DNA of 64,000 nt. Source: a virus. Of this stretch, positions 48,552-58,287 are shown one piece after another. The first letter of the stretch is position 1. Every line of letters begins with the position of its first letter. The notes under the pieces were generated by a model, which was not told the origin of the DNA, made no database searches, and worked only from the letters and a program-made list of their open reading frames with translations. The translations under genes were made by a program, and so were the position numbers. Location of the stretch: the IMG/VR virus record IMGVR_UViG_3300024988_000006, one strand, 5' to 3'.

Positions 48552-50741
48552 ATGAGATTGACCTTTCGACAAGGATTAGTACAATACCCAGCAGATTATC
48601 TACAAAAAATAATCAATGATGTTGTTATATCAACCGCAAATGGACCAATTGTTGCAACATTATCCAACGGCGTTGCTGAGTATTATCACACCGAACCCCA
48701 AAATTCTGGTCCATATACTGCATGGACGGGGCTAACTACAGGAGTTGATTATTGGTTATATGTAGATATCAATAAAGTAACAGGCGAACGAACATTTGGC
48801 CAAACAACCCTTGAACCTATCGATAACGTAGTAGCTCCTGTTTCTCCCGTCGTAAATCAACACTGGTTCGATACAAATACAATGACCATGAAGGTCTGGT
48901 CGGGTTCGGTTTGGGTCGAATACATCCGCGTTTTCGTCGCTCAACTTTCTGGTTCAAATACGTTTACATATTATCCTGTTGGAACACAAGTTGGAGTTGC
49001 TACATCATATTTGTCTGGAAGAATTTTGTTTGATGGTGTTGGAGTTGCTATACGTCAGTCAAATGGTAAATTTTTAACCACCGAAGACCAATTTTTTGTT
49101 GATGGTTCTTCAATACAAACAGCCAAGTTGGAGTCAACTGTAATTTCCGCAATTGCTGATGAATCAATCCCAGCATACAGTGTTGTAAAGTACAACACAT
49201 TTGGTCGCATAGGTTTAGCTCGTTATGAAGACATTAGCAATACAGTCATTGCATTAGTTACGGATAATGTTCTCTTTGGTGATGCTGTTAATATTATTTT
49301 GCAGGGTGTTATCATCAACCCATCTTGGAATTGGGCCACCATTAATGCGCCGTTGTGGGTAGATGTTGCTGGTCAACTAACTGATGTTGATCCTAACACC
49401 ATCAACTCTCTTCGTCCTTCTGCTGTGCCAATTGCTCGTGTTGTTGCTAACGACACTATTATATTTGATCAAGGCATGGGTGGCCGCGGTGCAACCGGCG
49501 CCCCTGGAAGTGCATCAGCTAATATCTCCCCTGCATCTACTGCTGTATTGGGTACAGTTTTATTGGCTACCGCCCCTGTGGACTCCGCCAACCCTATTGC
49601 TGTTGGTGCTAATGATCCACGTCTAACCAACGCTCGAACACCTACTGCTCACACCCACGCAGCAACTGAAGTCTCGTACATAGGTCACGGCAACATTGCA
49701 ACTGGTACAGCTCAAGCAGCCATTAACAGTCTCGAAGATAATAAACTTAACTTGACGGGCGGTGTACTCACGGGACCGTTAACACTTTCGGCCGACCCAA
49801 CATCTATATTACAAGCCGCAACAAAACAATATGTTGACTCACGTGTTAGTGGTTTGATGTGGATAAATCCAATATTATACGTAAATCTTATTGCCGACAA
49901 TCTCAACACCCCACCAACCTCACCAGGCTATACCGACGTTTATGTTGTTGCAACCGGTGGTACAGGGGCCTGGATAGGACTGGATGGTCATTTGGTGCGA
50001 TGGAGTGGAACAGCTTGGACGGATTTAGGATTACCAGTTGATGCTGGACGAATTGGTATCGCGATGGAGTCGACATCAACACCATCTGGCACATTCCTCA
50101 ACAAAAAGAACCAAATAGCCGTTTGGAATCAGTCCACATCTTCTTGGACGTTTTACACACCAATTGGAAATAATGCTGTGTTTGTAAGCAATGCCAACTC
50201 ATTACACAGTTTTCATCAATATGTATACGATGCCGTTAATGCGAAATGGATTGAGTTTAGTGGTCCTCAGGCTATTCAACCTGGCGCACATCTGCAATTA
50301 TCAGGCAACGTTTTAAATGTTATCGATGGTAGCGGCAGCACATTAAATGCTGACCTGTTAGATGGATTGCATGCCAGTTCATTTTCATTAGCAACACACA
50401 ATCATGATACTGTTTATGTGCAACTAGCTGGTAGTGTAATGTCTGGCCCGCTAACGTTAAATGCCAATCCTACTGCTGCTCTACACGCAGCAACAAAGCA
50501 GTATGTTGATAGCCAAGATTTGTCGAAAGTATCAAAAGCTGGCGATACAATGACTGGTCCGTTGGTTCTCGCAAATGATCCTACTGCTGCATTACAGGCT
50601 GCTACAAAGCAGTATGTTGATGCTCACGCCGTTGCAATAACACCCGGAACACCACAACAAGTACTATCTACTGATGATGTAGGTGATGTTGTTTGGAACA
50701 ACAGATATGAACTCGTGACACTCGTCGGTTTATTGGCGTAA
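48552..50741 (+). CDS. Virion fibre protein with ATKQYVD repeats
   Basis: Three GPLTL..DPT..LQAATKQYVD repeats; QHWFDT..WSG.W module. Confidence 0.65.
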   Translation: MRLTFRQGLVQYPADYLQKIINDVVISTANGPIVATLSNGVAEYYHTEPQNSGPYTAWTGLTTGVDYWLYVDINKVTGERTFGQTTLEPIDNVVAPVSPVVNQHWFDTNTMTMKVWSGSVWVEYIRVFVAQLSGSNTFTYYPVGTQVGVATSYLSGRILFDGVGVAIRQSNGKFLTTEDQFFVDGSSIQTAKLESTVISAIADESIPAYSVVKYNTFGRIGLARYEDISNTVIALVTDNVLFGDAVNIILQGVIINPSWNWATINAPLWVDVAGQLTDVDPNTINSLRPSAVPIARVVANDTIIFDQGMGGRGATGAPGSASANISPASTAVLGTVLLATAPVDSANPIAVGANDPRLTNARTPTAHTHAATEVSYIGHGNIATGTAQAAINSLEDNKLNLTGGVLTGPLTLSADPTSILQAATKQYVDSRVSGLMWINPILYVNLIADNLNTPPTSPGYTDVYVVATGGTGAWIGLDGHLVRWSGTAWTDLGLPVDAGRIGIAMESTSTPSGTFLNKKNQIAVWNQSTSSWTFYTPIGNNAVFVSNANSLHSFHQYVYDAVNAKWIEFSGPQAIQPGAHLQLSGNVLNVIDGSGSTLNADLLDGLHASSFSLATHNHDTVYVQLAGSVMSGPLTLNANPTAALHAATKQYVDSQDLSKVSKAGDTMTGPLVLANDPTAALQAATKQYVDAHAVAITPGTPQQVLSTDDVGDVVWNNRYELVTLVGLLA

Positions 50742-51682
50742 CAGTAAATAATTAATAAATTGGAGAAAATTTAATGCAAGTTATACTTAGCACCACCATC
50801 TTTCTTGATAATCCATCTAAAGATTCGTATCTGATCGATCTCGAAAACACTGTTGACCAAAATATAATGCTTGCAGTGGGTAATTTGTTTAATGGTCAAA
50901 CCGTATCGGTTGTAATTGCTCAAGGTACAACAAGACTTGGCACGATTCAATACGATTCATCGATTGTTTTTACAGGCTCTGTACCAGAATTACCAGCTGT
51001 GTATGGCGCTATTCAACGCATTGCGGGCATGGTTGTTAATGGACAATTAATTGTTGACACCACTGACTTATCCACTGTTGTTGCCAAATCTGGCGACACA
51101 ATGACGGGCCCGTTGGTTTTGTCAGCTGATCCAACTGGTGCTCTTCAGGCCGCAACGAAACAATATGTTGATGCATCCGTTCCCAGTCTAGCGGGGTTAG
51201 TGTCCAAAACAGGTGATACAATGTCGGGGGCATTAACTGTTTATCCATATATTATTGGAAAAGAAGCTGCCGGGACAACCGTGGGTGCAACTGGTATTTT
51301 ACGCCTTGGTGCTACAGCTCAAGTAGGTATGAGTTTAAAATCAAATGATTCGTCATTTGCGTATCTCGACTTTGTCGATAATTCAAATCAACGTACGAAT
51401 ATTACGTACACTTTTGGTACCACACTACTCGAATTTGGTAAGTATTTGAATGAAGTTGCCTCTCCAGCCGCCTTGTCATTCAACTTCACAACTGGTTCAA
51501 CCATCACCAAACAGACATCATTTACAAATAACCAAGAATACGTGACCAAAGCGTACGTGGACAGCTCTGTTCCTACCCTAAGTAATGTCGTTTCTAAATC
51601 TGGCGACACAATGACTGGTTTGTTGATATTAAGCGGCGATCCAACTGTTGCGCTTGGAGCTGCTACCAAACAGTATGTCGAC
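50541..51682 (+). repeat. 81-nt coding repeat shared between two fibre genes
   Basis: Copies at 50541-50621, 51092-51172 and 51602-51682; the first two match at about 63/81 nt by hand count. Confidence 0.75.
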
Positions 51683-52294
51683 AATACTTCAGTGAGCGTT
51701 GCTGGTGACACCATGACAGGAACTTTAACCCTTACAGGTTCTGCTGGTATAACAATGTCTGGCGATTTTACTGCTTCGTCAGGAGCAACAAGCGTTGTTA
51801 TTCATAGCAATGGTACAGCAATGACCCTCACCAATACAGGACTAAACATTGTATCAGGTGTATTAAACACAAACAGTAACATAAACGTTGGCAATGCACG
51901 CCTAACACTCGATGATGGGGCAACAGATTTTATTATTTTGGATGGGCCTACAGGCAACATGGCTACCACAAAAGGTACGGTTACGGTTAGCCGTAACCCT
52001 GCTACTGACTTTGAAGTAGCAACCAAACAATATGTTGACACAGCTGTTACTTCAGCATCTACTGTTACACATTATGTTCATTTACAGACAACTTCCTCCA
52101 CTAGTTGGTCTGTTGCACACAATTTAAACACAACTAATTTAATTTTTAATGTGTACATTAACCCTATTGGCAACCCAACAACAGGTTGGCAACCAATTTT
52201 TCCAGCTGATGTATCGTTTGTTGATCTTAACAATATCATTGTTTCGTTTACAGCAAATCAAGTAGGAAAGGTTGTTATTATAGCGGTACCATAA
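50774..52294 (+). CDS. Virion fibre protein with GDTMTG/ATKQYVD repeats
   Basis: Same repeat family; C-terminal WSVAHNLN domain. Confidence 0.65.
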   Translation: MQVILSTTIFLDNPSKDSYLIDLENTVDQNIMLAVGNLFNGQTVSVVIAQGTTRLGTIQYDSSIVFTGSVPELPAVYGAIQRIAGMVVNGQLIVDTTDLSTVVAKSGDTMTGPLVLSADPTGALQAATKQYVDASVPSLAGLVSKTGDTMSGALTVYPYIIGKEAAGTTVGATGILRLGATAQVGMSLKSNDSSFAYLDFVDNSNQRTNITYTFGTTLLEFGKYLNEVASPAALSFNFTTGSTITKQTSFTNNQEYVTKAYVDSSVPTLSNVVSKSGDTMTGLLILSGDPTVALGAATKQYVDNTSVSVAGDTMTGTLTLTGSAGITMSGDFTASSGATSVVIHSNGTAMTLTNTGLNIVSGVLNTNSNINVGNARLTLDDGATDFIILDGPTGNMATTKGTVTVSRNPATDFEVATKQYVDTAVTSASTVTHYVHLQTTSSTSWSVAHNLNTTNLIFNVYINPIGNPTTGWQPIFPADVSFVDLNNIIVSFTANQVGKVVIIAVP

Positions 52295-52366
52295 CAGTTC
52301 AATTTAAAGGTAACTTTTCAAACATAACGCATAAATAAAGAAGTAGGACATCAAATGAAAATTTTG

Positions 52367-52395
52367 TTGCCTTTCAAAAATAGTTTTGGTATGAT
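52367..52395 (+). promoter_or_regulatory. Sigma70 extended -10 promoter for gp32
   Basis: TTGCCT-17 nt-TATGAT with TGn; CATAAATA also at 52330. Confidence 0.65.
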
Positions 52396-52513
52396 CTATT
52401 TTGTAGTTTAAAAATCATCCGGTTGGTGAAGAGTTTGCCAACTTAAAAAACAAGTGACATAGGGTCACATCTCTCCCAAAAACAAAATAATTTTAAGAGA
52501 AAAGAGAATAAAA

Positions 52514-53428
52514 ATGGGAAAACTTACATTAGAAGCACTCAAAGCACAATTCAAAAAGCCTGATACCAATGAAGGCGGCAATCTACCAAACAACTACTTT
52601 CCGTTCTGGAATATGAAAATTGGTGAACAAGCAACAATTCGTTTCCTTCCTGACAAAAACACCGACAACCCAATGGGGTTCCTTGTTGAAAAACACATGC
52701 ACACTCTTACCATCAATGGCGAAAAGAAGTCCGTGCCATGCTTGAAAATGTATGGCGAAGATTGTCCAATCTGCAAAGTATCTGCTGCTTACTACAAAGC
52801 AGAAGATAAGGATAATGGTAAGAAGTATTGGAAGAAAAAGCAATACATCGGTCAAGTATTAGTTGTTGAGGATCCTCTTCCTGCTGACAAAGAAACAAGC
52901 GAAACTCATGAAGGTAAAGTTCGTTTCATTGCACTTGGTAATCAGATTTATGATCTTATCAAAGCAGCCTTTGAAGATGGTGATCTCGAAGACATCCCCT
53001 TCGACTACGAAAATGGTACTAACTTCATCGTTAAAAAGAAGGAACAAGGTGAATATGCCTCCTATGCAACTAGCAAATTTGCAAAACATGCCAGTGCTCT
53101 TGACGACGACACCATCGAAAACGTTAAAGGTCAGTTGATTGATCTGTCGACTCTTCTTCCCAAGAATCCTGGTCTTGAAAAGGTCGAGGCTATGTTGGAA
53201 GCAGCTATGAACGGCACCGAATACAAAACTGGTGAGCGTCCAACTAAGGTTGACGATGATGGCGATGACGATGATGTTCCTGCTCCAAAAGTTGAAAAAG
53301 CCAAACCTGCTCCTGCCAAAGTTGCTAAACCTGCAGCTGAAAAGGTTGAGGAAGATGGCACGGACGATGACGATGATGCCGACCGCATCCTCGAAGAAAT
53401 TCGTAAGCGTCGCGCTAACAAGGGTTAA
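52514..53428 (+). CDS. gp32: Single-stranded DNA-binding protein
   Basis: IRFLPD, H...CL..YGEDCPIC zinc site, YWKKKQY, acidic tail. Confidence 0.9.
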   Translation: MGKLTLEALKAQFKKPDTNEGGNLPNNYFPFWNMKIGEQATIRFLPDKNTDNPMGFLVEKHMHTLTINGEKKSVPCLKMYGEDCPICKVSAAYYKAEDKDNGKKYWKKKQYIGQVLVVEDPLPADKETSETHEGKVRFIALGNQIYDLIKAAFEDGDLEDIPFDYENGTNFIVKKKEQGEYASYATSKFAKHASALDDDTIENVKGQLIDLSTLLPKNPGLEKVEAMLEAAMNGTEYKTGERPTKVDDDGDDDDVPAPKVEKAKPAPAKVAKPAAEKVEEDGTDDDDDADRILEEIRKRRANKG

Positions 53429-53437
53429 TTCTCCACA

Positions 53438-53468
53438 ATGGTGGGAGTCCGTTCGGACTCCCACCCAT
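53438..53468. other. Strong GC-rich hairpin with no U-tract after gp32
   Basis: GTGGGAGTCC-GTTC-GGACTCCCAC. Confidence 0.7.
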
Positions 53469-53573
53469 CAAACGTATTCGCAAAATGAGATTTTTAACAA
53501 ATCTTGATACACAAATTGCTGCAATGGTAGTTGATGGTATCACCCTAAAAATAAATATAATGAGGAGAATATA

Positions 53574-54674
53574 ATGGCTAGTATGTCATTTTTAAAAGAC
53601 TTCGAAAAGGCAATGGATAAAGTCGAAGGCATAGGAGGCTCGTCTGAACCCCCAAGATATTGGTATCCAACAGGCAATTATTGTTTAAACAGAATTCTTT
53701 CGGGTAGTTTCTTTAACGGCTTCCCACAAGGTCGTATCACTGGATTGGTTGGGCCGTCTGGCTCAGGTAAAAGTTTCGTAATTGGTAATGCGGTCAAAAG
53801 CGCACAAGATAGTGGTGCATTTGTGTTGGTTATTGACTCTGAAAATGCTCTTGATGATGATTATATGACAAAGATTGGTGTGGATGTTGAAAACAACTAT
53901 CTGTACAAATCCGTCACCACAATTCCACAAGTTATCAAAGTTGTTTCCACCTTCTTGAAAGGTTATGATGCTGAGTATGGCAATGATCCAAACGCACCAC
54001 AAGTATTCATTGCCATCGATAGTTTGGACATGTTATCAACCGAATCTGAGCTTGAACACTTCACAAAAGGTGACTCATCAAGCGATCAGGGTTTGCGGGC
54101 GAAGCAACTCAAACAAATGCTTCGTCAATTTGTTCAAGCCATCAAGGGTAAGAATGTAGCTATGGCCGTCACGGCACAGGTATATCAAGCAACTGCACAA
54201 CAAATTCTTGCAGGTGAAGGCGTATGGGTTGTCAACCAAGCTATTCGTTATGCTCTTTCGCAGATTGTACTGCTCACCAAACTCAAACTCAAAGATGAGA
54301 ACAAGGATATCACAGGCATTAGGATGAAAGCAGAAGGATTCAAAACCCGTTTCACCAAGCCGTTTCAGTCTGTTACAGTTGAAGTTCCTTACGATACAGG
54401 AATGGACCCACTGTCGGGCTTGTTGGAGGTAGCATTATCTTTGAATGTTATTGAGAAAAAGGGTTCACGCTATTCGTTTGTCGGTGAAGATGATACGTGG
54501 TTTGCTAAGGACATCGCCAACTATGCTGAAAAAATCTTAGTCAAGGCTGAGACTATGGGTAATGCATTCCTTAAAGCATCTGTATCTGATACTGATGTTG
54601 ATTCTAACCAAGTCGAAAAATCATCTGACACTAAAGCAAGACGCAAGCAGCGTCAAGCCGCAGACGAGGAATGA
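53574..54674 (+). CDS. uvsX: RecA-like recombinase
   Basis: GRITGLVGPSGSGKS, IDSENA, IDSLD, DQGLRAK, KTRFTKPF. Confidence 0.9.
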   Translation: MASMSFLKDFEKAMDKVEGIGGSSEPPRYWYPTGNYCLNRILSGSFFNGFPQGRITGLVGPSGSGKSFVIGNAVKSAQDSGAFVLVIDSENALDDDYMTKIGVDVENNYLYKSVTTIPQVIKVVSTFLKGYDAEYGNDPNAPQVFIAIDSLDMLSTESELEHFTKGDSSSDQGLRAKQLKQMLRQFVQAIKGKNVAMAVTAQVYQATAQQILAGEGVWVVNQAIRYALSQIVLLTKLKLKDENKDITGIRMKAEGFKTRFTKPFQSVTVEVPYDTGMDPLSGLLEVALSLNVIEKKGSRYSFVGEDDTWFAKDIANYAEKILVKAETMGNAFLKASVSDTDVDSNQVEKSSDTKARRKQRQAADEE

Positions 54675-54692
54675 TACCCAATTAAATCCGAT

Positions 54693-54724
54693 AAAGACAC
54701 CACGCATCGCCGTGGTTTCTTTTT
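54693..54724 (+). terminator. Intrinsic terminator
   Basis: AAAGACACCACG-CATCGC-CGTGGTTTCTTTTT. Confidence 0.7.
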
Positions 54725-54822
54725 GTTAAATAAATAGGTTTGTGGCAATTGCTGTTGATTGATAAACTTATTTGGTGTAAAGTTGTCATAACTTATCAAA
54801 AATAAAAACAAAAAGGATAAAA

Positions 54823-55380
54823 ATGATAGAGGAATTATTAAGACTGTTTGAACGGCGTGATACTGCGTTTGAACAAGCCACAACAAACATTTCCAAACAT
54901 ATTGATTTTGTATATGAAGCTATCGTTGAGTTTCTGAACGAAAATCCCCACAATATTTCGTGGGATAGTGTTGATGTAAACTCGAGCAATATGATTGTGA
55001 TTATTGCACGCATCTTTGAAGATGGCATTGATCCAACACAACAACACGAATCACAGATCCGATTGTTAACTATCGGAATCCCATTCGAAATCGTGAGTGC
55101 CGCTTCCAAAAACGCAGTTATTCGATTTTTGACTGAGATGGAAAAAATTCGTCCTGCAAAATCACCGACCCCAGCCGGCAAGCGAACTTTATCTGAGTTA
55201 ATAAGTGATGCTGATGACGGACAAGATATTGACTTGTTGTTAGCCGAGGGTGAGGATATTAGTCCGGATTTGTTAGATATATTACGTGAAGAAGCCAGCG
55301 ACCTTGACGAATATTTTAGCGAATCATCAACATCAACACCAACATTTTTATCCCCTTATAAAAAAAGGACCTTGCACTAA
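54823..55380 (+). CDS. Hypothetical protein
   Basis: AAGGA SD; intact 185 aa, ends KKRTLH. Confidence 0.55.
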   Translation: MIEELLRLFERRDTAFEQATTNISKHIDFVYEAIVEFLNENPHNISWDSVDVNSSNMIVIIARIFEDGIDPTQQHESQIRLLTIGIPFEIVSAASKNAVIRFLTEMEKIRPAKSPTPAGKRTLSELISDADDGQDIDLLLAEGEDISPDLLDILREEASDLDEYFSESSTSTPTFLSPYKKRTLH

Positions 55381-55851
55381 ATGGACAACACTGTAAATGC
55401 TTTAACTCTTGTACGTGAAAGCATAACCAACATTCCTACTATTGTTGAAGTTTACGAAGAGTACCTTTCGAATTTCAAAGAAAATCTTACTATTAAAGGT
55501 AAGCGTTTAGAAATGGCAAACTTTGAACAAGCATCGTGGCTAAGCTATTATGATGAAAGGCGTGTAGAACTTCATGCTGTTGTCCGTTATATGGAAATGT
55601 ATGTCGATAAGGTTCGTGGCAAATTGTGGAAAGACTACAACGAAAATTATTCACGCGAATTAAGTCCAAAAGACAAAGAACAATATATTAATCACGAAAA
55701 GGCTTATTTGACAGCCAATGAATTATTTTTAGAAATTCGTGAGTTGTATGAAAAGTATGAGTCAGCAGTTGATTCATTCAAAGCAAGGGGATATGCCTTG
55801 AACAATATTACCCGTATCAGAATTGCTGATTTGGGAGACTTTGTGGTTTAA
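55381..55851 (+). CDS. uvsY: Recombination mediator
   Basis: Helical, between uvsX and uvsW; YINHEKAYL...AVDSFKARGYALNNITRIR. Confidence 0.75.
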   Translation: MDNTVNALTLVRESITNIPTIVEVYEEYLSNFKENLTIKGKRLEMANFEQASWLSYYDERRVELHAVVRYMEMYVDKVRGKLWKDYNENYSRELSPKDKEQYINHEKAYLTANELFLEIRELYEKYESAVDSFKARGYALNNITRIRIADLGDFVV

Positions 55852-55853
55852 AA

Positions 55854-57329
55854 ATGTCAGAAGAACGACTTGTAGAGAAAACCTTTGCTAAAAAGGTCAA
55901 GATAATTATTCAAGATGAAGTAAATTGTATTGTGACAGGATTACATCCTGACCACCTCATGTACTTTTATGAAGAATATGGAATCTTCACAGATAACTAT
56001 TTCTTTACCCCAAAATACAAAATTGGTATTTGGGACGGAAAAATTCGTTATTTCACTAAAGAGGGGCATACTTATGTTCTTCTTCTTGACGAAATTGTGA
56101 AGAAAGTTGTTAAATTTGGTTACAAAGTTAATATTGAAGATCGTCGTGTAAACAATTACTGTGATGTTCCTCCAATAGATGCCACTTACCTAAGCGGTTT
56201 TATAGACCCAAAAACAGATAAACCATACACAGTTCGCCCCTATCAAGTCGAAGGTCTCAACGAGTTGTTTGCTGAAGGTTTTGGTATCATAATTGCTGGC
56301 ACCGGCGCTGGAAAAACAACCATCAACACCATTCTTATAGACCACTATGGTAAAAACCACAATTTACGCAGTATAACTATTGTGCCATCCGTGTCTCTCA
56401 TTGGACAAACCGTTGATACCTTTAAAACGTTTGGCCTCGACGTTGGCCGTTACGACGGTGAGATCAAAGATTTAAAACATCAGCACATTGTATCAACATG
56501 GCAAGCACTTCAAAACTATCCTCAATTAATGAAAAGCTTTCAGGTTGTGGTTGTTGATGAATGTCATGGTTTAAAGGGTAAGATATTAACTAATCTGTTG
56601 AACGAACACGGCAAGCATATAACACACCGTTTCGGGCTAACTGGCACATTACCTAAGGGCAAAACAGACTCAATGGCTGTTCGTATTGCTATTGGTCCTG
56701 TTCGTTATGTGATACCCGCACATGAATTAATCGAACAGGGGTGGTTAGCTACTCCAAACATCAGTGTTATGCAACTCGACGATATTGAACGATTAAATGA
56801 ACTATACAAAAACGATGACAAGATTAGTTTTGATAGTGAAACAGCCTTTTTACAGACTGATTCGACGCGCCTGAGTTGGATTGCTGAGTACCTTTCTATA
56901 AAAGCTGCCGAACACAAAGGTAACGTTTTGTGCTTAGTTAATAGCGTTTCTTTTGGTAAGAAATTGAAAAAACTATTACCAGAAGCACACTTCCTATACG
57001 GTAAAGATAAACAAAAAGTACGCAAATCTGTTTACGACTTGTTTGAAACCCACAACAACTTAATTGTTATTGCTACCGTACAGATTGCAGGTGTTGGGTT
57101 AAGTATTGATCGTATTTTTAACTTAGTGTATATCGATGGTGGTAAGTCATTCATTCGTGTAATTCAGGTGATTGGTAGAGGGTTACGTAAAGGAAAAGAC
57201 AAGGACAGTGTCGACGTAACAGACATATGCAGTAACTTGGATTATTCCAGAAAACACCTACGCGAACGAGTCAAATACTACAAAGAAGCAAGATATTCTC
57301 ACAAAATCCACAAAGTAACATATCATTAA
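55854..57329 (+). CDS. uvsW: SF2 DNA helicase
   Basis: RPYQ, GTGAGKT, STWQAL, VDECH, GLTGT, QVIGRGLR. Confidence 0.9.
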   Translation: MSEERLVEKTFAKKVKIIIQDEVNCIVTGLHPDHLMYFYEEYGIFTDNYFFTPKYKIGIWDGKIRYFTKEGHTYVLLLDEIVKKVVKFGYKVNIEDRRVNNYCDVPPIDATYLSGFIDPKTDKPYTVRPYQVEGLNELFAEGFGIIIAGTGAGKTTINTILIDHYGKNHNLRSITIVPSVSLIGQTVDTFKTFGLDVGRYDGEIKDLKHQHIVSTWQALQNYPQLMKSFQVVVVDECHGLKGKILTNLLNEHGKHITHRFGLTGTLPKGKTDSMAVRIAIGPVRYVIPAHELIEQGWLATPNISVMQLDDIERLNELYKNDDKISFDSETAFLQTDSTRLSWIAEYLSIKAAEHKGNVLCLVNSVSFGKKLKKLLPEAHFLYGKDKQKVRKSVYDLFETHNNLIVIATVQIAGVGLSIDRIFNLVYIDGGKSFIRVIQVIGRGLRKGKDKDSVDVTDICSNLDYSRKHLRERVKYYKEARYSHKIHKVTYH

Positions 57330-57332
57330 CTG

Positions 57333-57361
57333 TTGCTGTTTGTGTGCTTTGGTTATATAAT
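57333..57361 (+). promoter_or_regulatory. Sigma70-type promoter
   Basis: TTGCTG-17 nt-TATAAT. Confidence 0.55.
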
Positions 57362-57389
57362 AAATCAATAATAAAAATAAAGGTTTACT

Positions 57390-57875
57390 ATGTTAGTTTT
57401 TGATGAAAATTCCAAACCGTTGATTATAGATAGTATCTATACGCCAACACTCACGAGTCATGTGTGGATTCTTGATTTGTCCATTATGGATTTCACACTT
57501 GCACCTCTCGAAGTTCTTGAAGAAATTACCTGTCCATCCGTCATGATTGAAGTGTGTGGGTTCAAATTCATTCTGCCAGCACACTGGTATGTGTTAGTAT
57601 ACGATGAAGAAACAACACAAGTTGATACTGTTTGTGTATCGGAATTATCGGGCAGAGAGTTTATGGCACTCGGATATGGCCCGAATAAAAACAAGGCCTT
57701 CCCTGCAAAAATCGTTGTTGTTGATTACAACGCACAATTCAAGAATGTTGGTCCATCACTAAACAAACACCAAATGTTGTGCCATCCCATTGGGCCCAAT
57801 GCTTGGATAAATATCTCTCCCACAGACGTCTACAACAAATACTTGAAAGATGTCATTGTTGGTGATATCATATAA
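57390..57875 (+). CDS. Hypothetical protein with a possible degenerate Hint fold
   Basis: Hand alignment of the hydrophobic pattern to inteins; lacks Cys1, TxxH and terminal HN. Confidence 0.4.
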   Translation: MLVFDENSKPLIIDSIYTPTLTSHVWILDLSIMDFTLAPLEVLEEITCPSVMIEVCGFKFILPAHWYVLVYDEETTQVDTVCVSELSGREFMALGYGPNKNKAFPAKIVVVDYNAQFKNVGPSLNKHQMLCHPIGPNAWINISPTDVYNKYLKDVIVGDII

Positions 57876-57888
57876 TAGGAGAAATAAA

Positions 57889-58287
57889 ATGGCAAAGAGA
57901 AACACAAAAACAACTCTAACAGTCACAGATTTTCGTTCGTGGTTAGAGGGTGTAGAAGATATGCAAGGTGCAGACTGGAGTCCATCATTGGAGCAATGGA
58001 AAAAGATTCGTGCTAAAATCGAAATGCTGGAAGAGGTTGACCTCGACGATATTATGGCGGTTGTAAAAACAGCGAAACCTGCCCCCGCTCAAGTGGGACA
58101 GGTATCTGTCCCATCAGGTCCAATACCACGAGCAGCCATACCAATGTCGCAGAGCTTCCTTGATGAGGTTGGATCAACACCAAAACTAACTACCGTGATG
58201 CCTTCGTTACCAAATTCTATTGTCGGCAGCCCCAAAACTCCGGATATCGACACATCCACAGGTGATTATCCAAGCGCATTTGTTTAA
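57889..58287 (+). CDS. Hypothetical protein
   Basis: Start revised to ATG 57889 (AGGAG SD). Confidence 0.55.
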   Translation: MAKRNTKTTLTVTDFRSWLEGVEDMQGADWSPSLEQWKKIRAKIEMLEEVDLDDIMAVVKTAKPAPAQVGQVSVPSGPIPRAAIPMSQSFLDEVGSTPKLTTVMPSLPNSIVGSPKTPDIDTSTGDYPSAFV

